A DNA stretch of 30,771 bases from a virus (Duplodnaviria > Heunggongvirae > Uroviricota > Caudoviricetes). Of the stretch, positions 29,989 to 30,771 are shown in pieces. Position 1 is the first letter of the stretch; each line of letters begins with the position of its first letter. The translations under genes and the position numbers were made by a program. Location of the stretch: the IMG/VR virus record IMGVR_UViG_3300004481_001615. One strand, 5' to 3'. The notes beneath the pieces are model-generated. The model searched no databases. It was not told the DNA's origin and was given only the letters and a program-made list of their open reading frames with translations.

Positions 29989-29990
29989 TT

Positions 29991-30218
29991 TTAGCGACTT
30001 CTCTTTAGGTCGAGGTCGAGTCCCTTACTGCCTTTGAGACTGATATTTATGTCGTTGTACCGGTCTTTTTCGATTTTAGAGATGTCTGAGATACTAAACC
30101 AGTCGTTACCTACCCGACCTTTTTTGCTGTCTTTAGAAAGTGAGAACTTACCATAAACCCAGTATTTGGGTGTGAGAAGAAATACTTTCGCCCCTTTACG
30201 TATTGATTTGATGTTCAT
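29991..30218 (-). CDS. Basic hypothetical protein (75 aa), beta-rich
   Basis: Operon member; no family recognised. Confidence 0.7.
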   Translation of the reverse strand: MNIKSIRKGAKVFLLTPKYWVYGKFSLSKDSKKGRVGNDWFSISDISKIEKDRYNDINISLKGSKGLDLDLKRSR

Positions 30219-30222
30219 TTAT

Positions 30223-30342
30223 TTACCTTCTACTCCATTCAAATGATTTACTGCCACACTCTGGGCACTTGAATCGTACGGCCTTGGGTGTCTTCGCCTT
30301 TGAGTAACGAACATAACCGCACTTGTGACATGTAATTTTCAT
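30223..30342 (-). CDS. Zn-ribbon micro-protein (39 aa, MKITCHKCG...CPECGS; track start 30417 is probably too long)
   Basis: Two CxxC pairs; AAGGGA SD before the ATG at 30342. Confidence 0.75.
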   Translation of the reverse strand: MKITCHKCGYVRYSKAKTPKAVRFKCPECGSKSFEWSRR

Positions 30343-30346
30343 TTTA

Positions 30347-30541
30347 TTATCCCTTTCTTCCTCTATTATATTTCCTCTTTTGGAGAGAGACTCTATAGTT
30401 GTTAATACCCCACTCACCGTGTTTTTTAGATATGAGTTTTATACTAATAATAGTATAATCACGGTCGTAAATAGTATGCTTTATGTCTCGCCGTACCTCT
30501 TTTATACTATCTGCTGACCATGTGATAATTTTGGTTGCTAT
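30347..30541 (-). CDS. Unannotated 64-aa ORF apparently starting at ATA: (M)ATKIITWSADSIKEVRRDIKHTIYDRDYTIISIKLISKKHGEWGINNYRVSLQKRKYNRGRKG
   Basis: Open frame fills the gap; TAATA overlap with the upstream stop; no in-frame ATG, GTG or TTG after the previous in-frame stop. Confidence 0.55.
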   Translation of the reverse strand: MATKIITWSADSIKEVRRDIKHTIYDRDYTIISIKLISKKHGEWGINNYRVSLQKRKYNRGRKG

Positions 30542-30753
30542 TAACTTTTTCTCTCCTTTTTGAACTTTTCATTGAGTTTTTCAAACTCTGCTTTCTCTTT
30601 GTTTTTCAGAGCGTAGATTTTCTCTTCTATTTTGTTAGTCCTGGTCCTGAGAGTATCAATCTTGTTCTGGTATCTTTTATGAAGAGCATTAGATTTTTCA
30701 ATATAATAATGGATTCGTTTTCGTGTACGTTCCTCTTTATTAGCCTTTGTCAT
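30541..30753 (-). CDS. Basic coiled-coil protein (70 aa)
   Basis: YQNKIDTLRTRTNKIEEKIYALKNKEK heptads. Confidence 0.7.
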   Translation of the reverse strand: MTKANKEERTRKRIHYYIEKSNALHKRYQNKIDTLRTRTNKIEEKIYALKNKEKAEFEKLNEKFKKERKS

Positions 30754-30771
30754 TTTCTTCTTCCTTCCCTC

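Larger units (their letters stand above)
1..30771. mobile_element. Probable archaeal virus/provirus (enveloped or spindle/pleomorphic type suspected); boundaries not visible
   Basis: Tyrosine recombinase, Zot/A32-like ATPase, many small coupled hypothetical ORFs, Zn fingers, wHTH and own glycosyltransferases; no housekeeping operons; archaeal TATA and SD signals. No att sites or terminal repeats identified. Confidence 0.75.

Noticed and set aside
20970-29990. Repeated motif as a CRISPR array
   Set aside because: Spacing is irregular (60 bp to 3 kb), intervening sequences are whole genes, and no cas genes are present.
20970-29990. Classical integron (IntI plus attC)
   Set aside because: Sites are far shorter than attC, do not fit RYYYAAC/GTTRRRY strictly, and the recombinase lacks IntI hallmarks. 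Only the looser cassette hypothesis is kept.
1-30771. Circular complete genome or terminal repeats
   Set aside because: No sequence shared between the two ends. Joining them gives only a 16-codon ORF from the ATG at 17, so circularity is unsupported.

Overview
An AT-rich, densely coded 30.8 kb stretch that reads as an archaeal virus or provirus. The evidence is TATA-box promoters with leaderless spacing, GGTGA/GGAGG Shine-Dalgarno sites, a short-form XPF and an archaeal-like uL29. It is not a head-tail virus as far as this window shows: I recognise no HK97 capsid, portal or terminase, and no replicase. Layout: (i) 95-3783 (+): membrane proteins plus a Zot/A32-like P-loop ATPase; (ii) 3983-4636 (+): a catalytic-domain-only tyrosine recombinase; (iii) 4614-8835 (-): a translationally coupled operon of small proteins, including a ribosomal protein uL29 homolog and Zn fingers; (iv) 8876-20970 (-): a surface/glycosylation module with an Ig-fused GT-C, a 1573-aa Thr/Ser/Cys repeat surface protein, a PMT-type mannosyltransferase, a methyltransferase and a GT4; (v) 21021-30753 (-): many one- to three-gene units, including a hydrophobic-hairpin capsid candidate, basic proteins, a wHTH, a SprT-like HExxH protein, an Ntn-hydrolase/InlB-repeat/beta-helix surface protein and an ERCC4/XPF nuclease. 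I found 22 copies of one promoter-like module (sense consensus (TTC)TCATAACA-TTTATAAA/TTTAAATA), several of them palindromic and overlapping or abutting the upstream stop codon. No rRNA, tRNA or CRISPR array was found. All family assignments come from reading motifs by eye, not from database searches.
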